This document shows, piece by piece, positions 13,724-27,100 of a stretch of DNA of 64,000 nucleotides. Within the stretch, counting starts at the first letter, position 1; the number at the start of each line of letters is the position of its first letter. The position numbers and the translations under genes were made by a program. Source of the DNA: Lytechinus pictus (taxonomy: Eukaryota); NCBI RefSeq assembly GCF_037042905.1, contig NC_087252.1, positions 20,958,001 to 21,022,000 of the forward strand, given 5' to 3'. Below the pieces are notes generated by a model, which worked only from the letters and a program-made list of their open reading frames with translations, searched no databases and was not told the origin of the DNA.

Positions 13724-13786
13724 CGTACTGCACACAGGCACAGCCACAGGTGCTAACGCGGCCGCAGCACTTCTGTGCTGCTGCAT
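13724..13786 (-). CDS. Possible first coding exon (or uORF exon) of the RIIa-domain gene: MQQHRSAAAALAPVAVPVCST
   Basis: ATG plus 21 open codons ending at ACG|GTAAGT (phase 0). In frame with the RIIa exon only if the acceptor before 9360 is used. Confidence 0.35.
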
Positions 13787-15789
13787 GCAATGCGCAAGTT
13801 AGTGAAACTGACATCAAACAAGTTAGGTCAATGATGATTTCATCAAAAAAAAATACTTATAATAACTTAAATTGATTCAAAATTATTTATGAAAAGGAAG
13901 AATATCAATCCTTACCATTCATCATTATAATGCAATTCCTGTGCAAGGATTAATGGGTGAATTATCACTGAAAGTCGGCCTTCTTCTCGAGGGAAAAAAC
14001 AACTTTCGATCTTCTGAAGATTTCAATTATTGTTCAATTTTGACCAACAGCTGGCGCTAGACTACAAACGACAACGGATCGATCGGAGAGACTACAATTA
14101 CCTTTGCATTTTTTTTCAGCATTAAAATAGTTGTATGACGCCAATATTATTTGAGTTTGTCACTTAGATGAGAGAGAGCTTCCACGATATTAAAAAACGT
14201 GTAGATGAACCTACGTAGAAAAATGTGTTCTGATTTCCACAACAAACCGGTATGGTCATAGGTGTTTACAGCAACTTCCTACCCAATTTTGACCAACACC
14301 AGCATTAATGGTGGAGGTTTGTAAGAGAGTTTTTGTAGGCCTACTAGTATTATACTGAAGGCTTTGAAGTCCACTCCATCCAAGCAGTGGCGTAAAGTTG
14401 ATGGTCCTTTGGGGCTCTTTTTCTCCCCCCAAAAAAATAAAATAAATAAATGAAAATAAAAAAACGATCATGACCAAGAAAATAGAGAAAAAGGCAGATA
14501 AGGAAAGAAAGAAGGGTAAGATATGATAGGGGCTTCTCATTTTTTGATGATGTCAAAATCTATTAAAAAAAATGTGCCCCCCCCCCAAAAAAAAAAAAAA
14601 GTAGAAAAATCATTAATTATTTAAGGACAAAAGTTCGAGTAAACGCGCCTTAGTGATATCGTCTGAAACGGCACCCTTGCCCAGGGCCCTGTAGTAAGAA
14701 TAAATATCTTACAAATAAAGGCCGTCGACAGCGAACTAAGTTAGAATCAAATCCAGATTGCAAAACCATAGCGGCTCTGTTCCCGACTGAGCTATCACGC
14801 CTCGATCATAAATTTTAGAAGCAATTATATTTTGACGGGGTATTTGCGAAACCTTAAAATAGGGGTAGGCCTATAAGGAATTGATGACTACCGGTTACTT
14901 TAGGCTAAATCACTTATTTTTAGGGGTAGGCCTACGCTCCAAGTCGTTATTCAAAATGAATAAATCTTTGTTCACTTTTCTTTAAAATCTCACCTTCATA
15001 TTCCATTTTTTTTTCATTGTTATTTTTACATCTGCCCCTGCAAAGTGGCTTTTTGTTACATTTATTCAAGCATTCACTTCTCTCTGACTCCCATCATTTG
15101 AATACCAATTTCTTATTTGAAACTGAGATTTGATTTATTAAACAGTGCTGGTGTTTTTTTTTTTCTTCAAATGCTACAAGCCATAACATGGCATATAAGG
15201 CAAATGAGAACTTAAAGTAACATGAAATCATGCACTCTCTCACTCATAACGAAACATATGAAAAGGCATAAGGGTATTTTTAGGGATTAGACCAATAAAC
15301 TGACGAGAACTCAAAACTGAATACTGGACAGATATGAACAAAAACTCATTTGCATTATTTTGAATTTGAAATGGGGCCTATTTCATTTCATTTCTTGATT
15401 TCTGCAACTTTATCATTGACATTATCAGAGAAAATAAATAAACAGGGTTTGTAACAAAATATTTGATTTTAATCAGATTTGAAATGGGAGGGGGAGGGGC
15501 GGCGTCTCTTTACATTGTCTTGGGGGCTGGGAGAACCGATGGTGTCATACACTCACTGTTTCTTTTGTCTCAACTTATTTAAAAAACATCAATTTTCGTA
15601 GCTTTCATAATTTGTGATAGAGAATTTATGAAAAAAGAAGCTTTCCAGCCTTAATTCACTCTTTCACAAGAATCTGAAGAATTATAATTTTTCATGTTCC
15701 ATGGATTTATTCTTGGAACTAGGCCCCTACATAGATCCATTTTTTTTTTGGGGGGGGGGGTCACCTTGGGCATGAATCGGATACGTTCG

Positions 15790-17272
15790 ACCTTATTTTT
15801 TTCTCATCAGAATCCACAAACTTTAGTTGATGTTATCAATTCTGAACTTATTATAATGTTACTGAATGGATAAGAGCCAATCGATTATCTTTGAACCTTA
15901 ACAAAACAAAATACATGTTATTTAGTAATTCCATATAGACAAGTTACCGATGAACATTATGTTTGATAATACCCCATTACAAATGGTACCTTACACCAAA
16001 TTTCTTGGTATAACAGTTGACAGTAAACTTTCTTGGAAAAATCATATTGAAAATATATCCAAAATAATTTCACGAAATATAGGTATTATTAATAGGCTAA
16101 AATTTTGCATTCCCTCCACATCACTTATCATGCTCTACTCATCCTTAATCTTGCCTTATTTAAACTAAGGGATTCTTATTTGGGGTGATACCCATCAATA
16201 CTTATTAGACAAATTGTTGCTTTTGCAAAAGAAAGCACTTCGTATTATTTATAGTACATGTTTCCGTTCTCATACGGACCCACTTTTTCTAGAAAGTAAA
16301 CTGTTGAAAGTCAAAGACCTGTATTTACTACAGTTAGGGCACTTCATGTATAGTTATAATAATAATGCTGCACTTCCCCATATTTTTGATGCCATGTTCC
16401 CTAAAAATCAATTTTATCATAACTAGCCCACGAGACACTCTGACGAACTTCACATTCCACTTTACAGAACTTTACTGGCCAAAAATACATTTCTTTTCAA
16501 CGGTCCTAAATTCTGGAACTCACTAGCTAATAATATTAAAGACAGTGTCTCCTTAAATTCATTCAAACATAAACTCAAACTTATCCTGCTTAATTCCTAT
16601 AATTCTTCGCAACGGAACTAACACTTCATTATCTTGATTTTAATCATTACATTTTTCACTTTTATTGTTTTATCTTTTTTCATCTGATATTGTCCAGTTA
16701 TATCATCTTTTGTCATTTCACCAGATCAAGCTGGTTCGTGGTCAGCCCTTTCCCATTCTTAGTTTTCCTCCTTTTATAAAGTAGTTATCTTGTCTTGTAC
16801 TGTCCTGTCTTTTGTTTTGTCTTGTCTTCTATGTCTTGTCATCCCCTCTCTCTATTTCTGTTTTTTTTTTCTTTTTTCTTTTTCCTTTCTTCTGTCTTGC
16901 GCAACACATCCTTTACTACGAAGACCTCTTTGTGTGAAAAGCTTTGCATTAGTTCAGTAATTATATTTGCATCCGTATGATTTCTTTTGTTCTCTCTTTC
17001 CTGTAATACATATATGTACGCATATCAGAATAAGTCTACTATACTTTTTTTCATTTCCAAGGGGGATCCACACTTTACAAGCTTTGCTTTTTAGTGGATC
17101 CCCCTCATTTCCATTTATGCTCTATATTATACTGTTTTTTTCTGTTTGGTTTTTTTTACGAAGTAAGAATGCCCTTCTGTAAAATTGTACTTGATTTGTA
17201 TTACTTTATATTACTTTGTATTATGTTTTTTGAATGGAAATGAAATAAAAAGAATTGAATTGAATTGAATTG
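15790..17272 (+). mobile_element. 5'-truncated, decayed non-LTR retrotransposon (CR1/L2/Crack-like): RT C-terminus and 3' UTR
   Basis: Encodes EWIRANRLSLNLNKTKYMLF..KFLGITVDSKLSWKNHI..LYSSLILPYLN*GILIWG..LQKKALRII..GPKFWNSL with stops and a frameshift. 3' stem-loop GGGGGATCCA...TGGATCCCCC (~17061-17105); AATAAA and (AATTG)n tail. Confidence 0.9.
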
Positions 17273-18224
17273 ATGCAAAATGCTGTACCTTTAGGGGGAA
17301 GAAGGGCAAAAGTAATTGCATTAAATATACTACGTTAATCTTGGAGTCCAGGGGGCGGGGTTCGGGAGACTTCGATCCCGCCCCCGCCCCCCCCCCCAAT
17401 TTTATAGTAACCATGTATTGTCTATTGAAACTTGAGATTTACCATGATCGAAATTGCAAATAAAATTATATGCCCTGATGTTCGCGCTTGCCCTCAACAC
17501 GATAATCATTCCCCCTTTTTTCATAATTTTTGCAGTCATATTGGGGTGAATCAAGAAATTACAGCAATGGTGACATTATGTGACTATAGCTTTGAGATCA
17601 TTGGAATAGCCTTTGTATTTTCATGACCAGTAAATAAAATATAAAAGAGGAAGGAAATGAAAGAAAGGAATTGGCTTACCTCCGGGTTTACCTATATCGC
17701 ATATTCACTAAACTAACGATATACCATAATACTAATAATTCAAATTTAGCATAACTTATTATTTTTCAGTCATTATTGATGACACGTTATTTTCATTTGA
17801 TTTTACTTTGTGTATTGAAATTATTCACCCAAATCATTCTGATAGAGCTACGAAAAATTTTTGCGTTTGTTTCTGCGCGCGCCCTCTCACGGTTGAAACG
17901 CGGTACTGAGCTACTTCGTGGTTCTCTGATTGTTTTGGAAGTTGGAGATCGGTCCAAAATACACACCCTGTTATTACAACAAAACTATTGATGCGGCAGT
18001 TTGGATGAAAGAGTACAATTGCTATTTTGGTAAGAAACGTCCATGTCAAAAATCCATAACTGATGGCGGAAGTCGCACGAACATGACGGCTGCGCGGTGG
18101 AGGGGTTCCCGACGGCCGACTCTGCCTGCGCCCCCGCCGGCACCGGCCGCGGGCTAGGCTCTAGCTGAAGTGGGTACCGCTGAACTAGCCTGGCGGCTTC
18201 TTGAGAGTAAAAATTATTTATAGT

Positions 18225-19123
18225 CACGTATTGTATTACCGGACACTATTATGATTCCGGACGCGCATATTACTGCGTTCTAAAACAAATTCGTACCGTA
18301 AGACTTCCGCAATTCAATTTCACAGAGCAATACATAGAACAAGATTGCATAAACAAGGCGAAAAATCAATTTTTTACCTAATTTAATTAGGCCCCCCTAT
18401 CTCTAATTCTAAAAATGACAGAAAATGCGTAAAATATCATATAACATAGTTTTGTATTAACAATTGAGATATTTTCTAACGGAAATATGGGCCTGATTTG
18501 CCGAATTTCAATCTCGTCCACTCCTTCGATCGAATGATGAGGTGTATTGTGGGTGATCGTCGACGGCTAGTTCTCAAGCCAAGGTAACCGTGCGCGAGGT
18601 TTACCGTGAGTAGAGCCGTCGATCGGCAGCGCATCGATAGAACTTGATGAGCGTCACGATACGAACGCGAGCATATTATTATTGGAAAGTGCCATGGAAC
18701 TAGCTAACATTACAAGACAAAATAAAATAAGTTATCAAACACGAATTTATTACCAACATCTGCTCAGATTCGATATAAAAAAGCAAATAATACTTAGAAT
18801 TTACTCATGATATGTTATAAGAAGAAAAAAATCACAAAAATTTGTTCTTACATCATTATAAATTATAATCTAGGATATCTTTACCCGTCTGGCGCGCGTC
18901 CGGAATCATGATGTAATTTGTCGCGCACGAAAATAATTGTTTTTCGTGGAGGGGTATGCGGCAAGTGCGATGCAAAGAAAATGGTTGGTAAATATAAAAT
19001 AATTTTATCATATTCATAATTTTCATAATATTTGGAATAGCAAGTTTGAATTTTTCTTGATTTTATTTCCTCTAGTTGTCATTTTTAAAGCACTGAAATA
19101 AAGGTGTCCGGCAATACACAGTG
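18225..19123. mobile_element. Possible non-autonomous DNA transposon with imperfect CAC-initiated TIRs
   Basis: TGTATTACCGGACAC near 18232 versus GTGTCCGGCAATACACAGTG ending at 19123; no TSD resolved. Confidence 0.4.
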
Positions 19124-19149
19124 GCAAATTGTCCATAGACTGTGTACAA

Positions 19150-19800
19150 CGGATAGACCGTCTCGGCTCAGCGAATCGGAGACTGCTGATTGGCCAATCA
19201 CGCAGATCACGTCATGACTACGTGGTCACCAAAATAATTCCTTCGGACTGCGTGCGAAAGTATCGATAACGATATCCGGTCACATTGTCTACGCGGGGAA
19301 TGGTCTTGGTTCGTGATCGGATCGCTCCAGTATCGATCGAAAATTATCGAGACTCTGCAATTTCATGCATATTCACGCGACGCTCCGAAACCCGGAAATC
19401 AATTGACTTTGTACATGTTGCGATAGACTCTATAAACTCCAACGAACACGATGCCATATCGACGCTAATTCGTAAGATTTTGACGAAAAAGCAAGAAGTA
19501 ATCGAAATTCACTTACCTGTGCGGTATCGGTGAGAAAATAGATCCTCCGATAATACCTTTAATAATTCATAGAAAATATAGGAAAGTGAAATTCTAGGTC
19601 GATTTTGGTACGAGGTGATAGAGAATTGCACACTTGTTTTGGTGGAATACTGTATGGGGCAATAGAAGGCTTGCACTGCGCATGCTTACTATATTTTCAT
19701 TCATAAATTGGCTCTCGGCAGTGGCTGGATGACGTCATGTAATAAGCAAAATGTACACGCCCGCTAGCGTTGAACGCACCGCTATCCGTTCTATACAATT
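19150..19800. promoter_or_regulatory. CpG-rich promoter-like region with a strong minus-strand splice donor after 19517
   Basis: Palindromic CCAAT (TGATTGGCCAATCA, ~19187-19200), NRF1-like TGCGCATGC (~19677), CRE TGACGTCA (~19730), CAG|GTAAGT donor on the minus strand. Confidence 0.35.
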
Positions 19801-20365
19801 TGCCACTGTGCATACTAACGTATGCTTACTCTCAATGAAGCCAGGGATTCCGGGCATGCCGGATTCCGGCCCGGGATTCCTTCCTATTCATCTGCGTGTA
19901 CCGCCAAAAAACCCTGAAACTTTCGCCCCCGAGATTTCTACTTTCCTTCTAAAACATTCTAACTTTGTTAGCCATAAAAAAAGGCATAATTAAATCATGT
20001 ATGTATGGCAAGTTCCCCCAGGTCTGCGCAGTCCCCCTTGTCTGCGCACACGCGTAACTGCGCGATTCCAATAAAAGAAGATACGCAACGAGCACGAACT
20101 TTAAACATGCAATACATAGACCGGTATTCATTAAAAAATCCGACTCAAAATGGTGGAAAAATAATGATTTTAGGGCATTTCATGTGACGGCCTCAAAATG
20201 CAGCCTTTCTCATCAAAATCCCAGAATCGTGTGCAAAGTGAATGCGTGCGCAGACATGGGGTATCATTTTTTTTTCAATCTGAAAATGACTGCCCGAGGT
20301 TTTTTCAAGAAAATCCTACATTTTCTTTCATTTCTTAATGAGAAATTTGGTACACTTACTCTTAA

Positions 20366-20740
20366 AGTGATTGGTTAACATTGGTTTGACTTTTAAAAAA
20401 TCTGAGCTAGAAAGGTTACACTTGTCACCTGTGTCTGTGATATGTTACAAAAATGAAGCCCAGATAAAAATTGCGTTCGAAAATAATTATTTAGTGCTTC
20501 AAAAATTGAAATATAAAGTGACCAGAAACACCATCTTAATTTCATCCCATACACTTATGTGTACTATTTAGGCGTCTATAAGACGCCTATTTACAAAATC
20601 GGGGTTTGCCTTGTAGTCTTAGCTTTTCATTCTCAATAATGGTTGTTTTCAGGGTTTATTAGAACCATGCACTTGTACACATGTTTCATCTTGGTTTGAG
20701 AATTTTTTTAATCGGCTGCTCACAAAGTTAAACAATACCT
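20366..20740. mobile_element. Kolobok-like non-autonomous element (TTAA TSD, AG termini)
   Basis: TTAA-flanked; near-identical inverted copy at 50416-50791. Confidence 0.8.
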
Positions 20741-21253
20741 TTAATAATGTAAGGAACATTATTAATTGAAAGATTTTGTGAAATAAGAAGAAATTCATGT
20801 TAAATCTTAACTCAAATTGTTAGGTGCGCAGACTTGGGGCCCACCATCATACATGGGCCTGGCCCACTCAAGGGTTCATTACATGCCGCCGCGCACAGAA
20901 AAATCAAGCCATAGAAGTCGTGTGTTGTGGACACCAGAAGTAGGATCGCAGCACGCGTGACCCACTAGATAGAAATCCACTTCCAAACGCGGTTCATGGT
21001 GCAAGGTTAGTATACTAATACTAACCTCACAATACGTGTGAGTGGGCCTGGCCATGGGATAAAACTTCATTTCCTACATTTCTACGCTCTCGGTTTTATT
21101 TTTAAACAAGAATTCATAAAAAAATGAGAAAAATATTGTGAAAAGACGGAAGAGACTTGCCTGATGTTTACGCCGCCATCTTGTTTCTTGTACTTCCCCA
21201 ACGTTACGGACGCGTGCGTCGTGTAACGTTGGGGAAGTACAATAAGAAACAAC

Positions 21254-21505
21254 ATGGAAAGACGAGAAAGGATGAAAAGAGGAAATTAGAAGTATTCTTT
21301 TCTTGAAAGTGAATGAACTCCTGAAAAGGACTGTAAACCAGATGAGATGAGCTGAATATGGAGTAGTAGCAGGATGAAGTGAAGAGAGGTTACTCGACGA
21401 TTCGGGCAAGTTGACCGTCCGTCTTCAGTCCTTTTCAGGAGTTCATTCACTTTCAAGAAAAGAATACTTCTAATTTCCTCTTTTCATCCTTTCTCGTCTT
21501 TCCAT
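21254..21505. repeat. Perfect 80-bp inverted repeat (21254-21333 / 21426-21505) with a 92-bp spacer
   Basis: Arms compared base by base and found to be exact reverse complements. Confidence 0.95.
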
Positions 21506-22058
21506 CTCAATCTTTCTGCCTGTATTTTCTTCTCTTCTTCATATTACACATGGTGATCCGTAAACCTTTTCCACGTTATTAACTCCACCATGCAAACCTA
21601 CAAAGATCATCCAACTATTCATAGTTTATATTTTGGAATTGGAAGTTGTTATATGAACACCCCTTTATTTTGCTCGTATTACAATTTTAATATAACGATT
21701 GAATACAAAAGCTGGTCTTAGGAGCACTTCTCTTAGAGAGCGAAAAATGTGAAGCAAGGGCATGCCAGGCCCTGTGTTCAGACTTACCAGTGCACGGCAT
21801 AGCGATATATATTTTTATGTTTTAATACAGACATATTCTTTGCATGGATGATGGCTTAATTCTTAATCTCTTTATTTCTCTTTTTTTAGCAGCGTGCTCA
21901 CTTTCGGTGATCAACACTCTTTTCCTCGCACTACTTCTCTCTCATCCTTGCCACAATACTTGTCATCCACCATCATCATCATCATTTAGCTAAAAACGTT
22001 AAAAGGATTCTGAGAGTAGGAACACACTCATCTGTATGTGAAACAGTGTGAAATCAGC

Positions 22059-22177
22059 ATGGAGGTCACGAAGCTGTTCACACTGCCCATGCTCCTCATC
22101 CTGTGTGGCGATGTGGAGCTCAACCCCGGGCCATTGCCGAAAGTAACAAGGATTTCATCAGTGACTGTCTCCAGAGC
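22059..22177 (+). CDS. First coding exon: N-terminal signal-peptide-like 2A (StopGo) sequence, MEVTKLFTLPMLLILCGDVELNPG|PLPKVTRISSVTVSR
   Basis: ATG at 22059 with an upstream in-frame TAG (22017-22019); exact D-[V/I]-E-x-N-P-G-P motif at 22110-22133; donor GC|GTAAGT (phase 2) matches the acceptor ending at 29200. Confidence 0.85.
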
Positions 22178-22195
22178 GTAAGTGTTGAAGGCCTT

Positions 22196-22697
22196 GGCCC
22201 CGTCTTACAAAGACACAACTATGGACGGCCAGCAACGTCAACATCTAAAATGCATGTTTGTGAAAAATATTTTCTAGATATGATGTACATTCATCATTCT
22301 CTTGAAGATTCATTGTGATTCTCTTTGTTTACCAAGTAGATTTGTGCAAATTCCTGTAAAAAAATTATGGTGTGGATGGATTTCCATACAATTGAGATTG
22401 ACAAGAATAATCATAACTCTTTGTAAGATGGGGCCCTTTCTTACACAGAGTTATGATTGATCCAATCAATCGTAACTATCGAAATCCATCAGTGTCATAA
22501 TTTTTTCTACAGGAAATTTGCAAAATGTCCTTTGTAAAAGGAGAACACACCAAATTGTCAAGAAATCAATGAATTTATGGATACATTCATATCTAGACAT
22601 TTTTTTGAGCAAACATGCATTATAAATGTTGACTTTGCTGGCTTTCCAAAGTTGCGATTGATCGGATCTATCGCAACTCTTTGTAAGACAGGGCCCT
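22196..22697. mobile_element. Two adjacent palindromic MITEs (GGCCCCGTCTTACAAAGA family)
   Basis: TIR-bounded units at ~22196-22436 and ~22432-22697; full family copy at ~52112-52389. Confidence 0.7.
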
Positions 22698-24112
22698 GAT
22701 GGGTGTTTGTTAAAAGCTGTTCGTAAAGTTACGCATGACTTAATGCACGACTGAAACATGTTCTTACTGCTAAGTCAGTTATATAGAGGGATCATTTTAG
22801 AACAAGAAATGATCACCAGTCATACATGAAGTTAATTGTTACTTACAAACAGCTTTATGAAACGCACACCTGCTATCACTTGTCATTGGAAGTGTTTTAG
22901 GTCAATTTTCAGATTTTTTTTCAACGTTTGAATGTTCAGTCCACAGTGAAAAGGATTTTTGCATTTATGTATTCACATTTATGGTAAAATGAATATTCAG
23001 AATTTTTTAGATGTAGGGTTTTAGAGGCGCAGATATATTTTGACGTCTTGCGAGGTTGTTTTAAAGAGACAAAATATGAAAATGATTTAACGTGTATGCC
23101 TATGAAAACCATCCAATATTTTCCATATTGGATGAAATGAACATTTTGCCCCGCCCACAAGATTATCATTGCCAAATAAATGATTGTGCGCATGAAGCTA
23201 TTGTTACGTCAAAATGAAATTGCATCGCGTATTAGTTGCCAGGAGGTGTGGCAAAGGAGCGAGATTGCATCAATTTATTGAATTCAAATGCACTTGCACT
23301 ATACGCTAGCGCATCTTTACAGAGATTCCTTTAAAAAATGAGATTACTCAGTTGCTATGCTCATGATTTTTTTTTTAAATACATAAAATGGTGAGTTAAA
23401 AACAATTTATTTTGCTTTATTTATTTTAAGCTTTGTGGGGGTGTCTAAATAATAACAATATTGGATGACCAATTTTCGTGGAATGCGTAGAAATATTTGT
23501 TTATATTTGTTTCGTCTCCGACTCATCCAATATTGTTCTTCAGCTCGTACAATATTTCTATGCATCCCACTCAACGCCATCCAATATTCCCTTAAAAAAG
23601 TATAACAGTGCCTCAATAATGATATTTTTTGCCTCACAATTTGAGGCACTTTGGTCATTTTAATATGTAGGAAAATTTTGAGAAGGACATGGTTTCACCA
23701 AATGATGCAAGTGCAAAGCGCAAGCTGAAGTTTTCTGGTGATTTATACCCTAAAAACAAGACATTATACTCAATTTGGCATCTTTCTAAATAGATGATGC
23801 GAGTTGAAAATTTTGTATATACCGATCTTAAAACTGGACATTTTAAGCAGGTTTTTGATTCACAAAGAACAAGATGTGTGAATATACAGTAGATAAGCAA
23901 CTAATGTGAGTGCGAAGCGATATACTGACCCGAAAGGGAACACTCTTTAAGACGTAGGAAAATTGTGAAGACGATATGGATTTCAATCAATAAATGATGC
24001 GGGTGTGAAGTGGGAGCCGGATTTTTTTGACGAATTAGACTGGCTTTAAAAGTGGGACATTCTACATGTAAATACTTTTTAAGATTATGAACATGATGCA
24101 TATAGTTAAAGT

Positions 24113-27100
24113 AGATTCTGACTAGGAGATGGTGGCCTATGAATTATGTGCCTACTGGTCCTTGAATCGTTGGTGAACGGCCACGCACAGGCAGATTTTT
24201 GTATTTTTTTTACACAGTAGTTTACATAGTTTATGAGCATCTAGACTGTCTTGAATGAAGGTGAACGGCCATGCCCAGGCAGATTAATTTTTTTTACGTA
24301 GTTTGAATAATTTAAGTTGATTATGACTGGGAGATGGTGGCTTATGAATTATGTGCCTACTGGTCCTTGCCCCTTAAATTGTAGGTGAACGGCCATGCCC
24401 AGGCAGATTTTGTTATGCAGTAGTTTACATAATTCTATTATATTCTGGCTGGGAGACGGTGGCCTGTGAATGATGTGCGTACCGGGCCTTGCCCCTTAAA
24501 TTGTAGGTGAACGGCCACGCCCAGATTTTGTTATTCAGTAGTTTACATGATTCTATTAGATTCTGGCTGGGAGACGGTGGCCTGTGAATGATGTGCCTAC
24601 CGGGCCTTGCCCCTTAAATTGTAGGTGAACGGCCACGCCCAGTCATATCTTTATATTTTTTTACATGGTAGTTTACATATTTTTAGTATATTCTGGCTGG
24701 GAGATGGTGGCCTGTGAATTATGTGCCTACCGGGCTTTGCCCCTTAAATTGTAGGTGAACGGCCACGCACAGGCAAATTTTGTTATTCAGTAGTTTACAT
24801 GATTCTATTAGATTCTGGCTGGGAGACGGTGGCCTGTGAATGATGTGCCTACCGGGCTTTGCCCCATTAATTGTAGGTGAACGGCCACGCCCAGATTTTG
24901 TTATTCAGTAGTTTACATGATTCTATTAGATTCTGGCTGGGAGACGGTGGCCTGTGAATGATGTGCCTACCGGGCCTTGCCCCTTAAATTGTAGGTGAAC
25001 GGCCACGCCCAGTCATATCTTTATATTTTTTACATGGTAGTTTACATATTTTTAGTATATTCTGGCTGGGAGATGGTGGTCTGTGAATTATGTGCCTACC
25101 GGGCTTTGCCCCTTAAATTGTAGGTGAACGGCCACGCCCAGGCAGATTTTGTTATGCAGTAGTTTACATAATTCTATTAGGTTCTGGCTGGGAGACGGTG
25201 GCCTGTGAATAATGTGCCTACCGGGCCTTGCCCTTTAAATTGTAGGTGAACGGCCACGCCCAGTCATATCTTTATATTTTTTTACACGGTAGTTTACATA
25301 TTTTTAGTATATTCTGGCTGGGAGATGGTGGCCTGTGAATTATGTGCCTACCGGGCTTTGCCCCATTAATTGTAGGTGAACGGCCACGCCCAGATTTTGT
25401 TATTCAGTAGTTTATATGATTCTGTTACATTCTGGCTGGGAGACGGTGGCCTGTGAATGATGTGCCTACCGGGCCTTGCCCCTTAAATTGTAGGTGAATG
25501 GCCACGCCCAGTCATATCTTTATATTTTTTTACATGGTAGTTTACAATGTACATATTTTTAGTAGATTCTGGCTGGGAGATGATCGCCTGTGAATTATGT
25601 GCCTACCGGGCTTTGCCCCATTAATTGTAGGTGGTGAATGGCCACGCCCAGGCAGATTTTGTTATGCAGTAGTTGACATAATTCTATTACATTCTGGCTG
25701 GGAGATGGTGGCCTGTCAATAATGTACCTACTGGACCTTGCCCCTTAATTTGTAGGTGAACAGTCAGGCCTGGGCAGGTTTTTAATATGATTTCATACAG
25801 CAGTTTACATATTTTAAGTAGATTATGGCTGGGAGATGGTGGCCTGTGAATTATGTGCCTACCGGGCCTTGCCCCTTAAATTGTAGGTGAACGGCCACGC
25901 TCAGTCATATCTTTATATTTTTTACGCGGTAGTTTACATATTTTTTGGTAGATTCTGGCTGGGAGATGGTGGCCTGTGAATTATGTGCCTACCGGGCTCT
26001 GCCCCTTAAATTGTAGGTGAACGGCCACGCTCAGTCATATCTTTATATTTTTACGCAGTAGTTTACATATTTTTAGTAGATTCTGGCTGGGAGATGGTGG
26101 CCTGTGAATTATGTGCCTACCGGGCTTTGCCCCTTAAATTGTAGGTGAATGGCCACGCCCAGGCAGATTTTGTTATTCAGTAGTTTACATGATTCTATTA
26201 GATTCTGGCTGGGAGATGGTGGCCTGTGAATAATGTGCCTACTGGGCCTTACCCCTTAAATTGTAGGTGAACGTCCACGCCCAGGCAGATTTTGTTATGC
26301 AGTAGTGTACATAACTCTATTAGATTCTGACTGGGAGACGGTGGCCTGTGAATTATGTGCCTACCCAAGCCTTGAAATAAGCGGGCGCTGAGCGCAAATT
26401 GGCGCTCATAAAGCCATCAATTGCGCCCATAAAGCCCTAAAATCATCAAAATTTTGACGACCGGGCGCAAATATTTTCCAGGTAATTGTGCCCGCCGTGA
26501 GTGAGCAGTGAAGCCATATATCATACATGTAATTTAAATATCTGAAAAGCCAAAATCAAGTAGCTTTCAATTTACGATAAGCACAGTTTCAAATTGCCAA
26601 GTGCGTCTTTTTTCTGTACCATAAAAAGTGAGCTACGTCCGTCTTTTTTTTCCTGTAATACATGTGCGCGTGTGCTTCCTGTAGCGGTAACAGTTTTTCC
26701 ATACTTCACCATGTGCAATTTCTAATACACACATTTCCAGTTGGGATTATGTATCTACCGGGCCTTGCCCCTTAAATTGTAGGTGAATGACCACGCCCTG
26801 ACAGATTTTTATATTTTTCGTACAGTAGTTTATGTAGTTTCAGTTGATACTGGCTGGGAAATGGTGGCCTGTGAATTATGTGCCTAACGAGCCTTGCCCC
26901 ATGTAGGTGAACGGCCTGTCAGATTTCTTTTCTACACAGTACATGTAGTTTACATTTATTCCTTGATGCTGGCCCCAGCTACGGCCGGGATAATAATATG
27001 ACACTAAGTATCAAAGCGCAGTTGAGTATATGCACATAGTAACTGCCTTATATAAATAGACATATATTACATAAAGTAGATTCTGACTTGGAGCTTGTGG

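Noticed and set aside
15790..16620. Functional reverse transcriptase gene
   Set aside because: 5'-truncated, with in-frame stops and a frameshift.
22059..22177. 2A motif as a remnant of a non-LTR retrotransposon ORF
   Set aside because: No endonuclease/RT sequence follows; it has its own ATG and a canonical donor in frame with the DD exon. An ancient retroelement origin is not excluded.
24113..26365. Regular repeat/linker pattern resembling a CRISPR array
   Set aside because: The core is ~83 bp, the linkers are three recurring variants rather than unique spacers, the context is a eukaryotic intron, and there are no cas genes.
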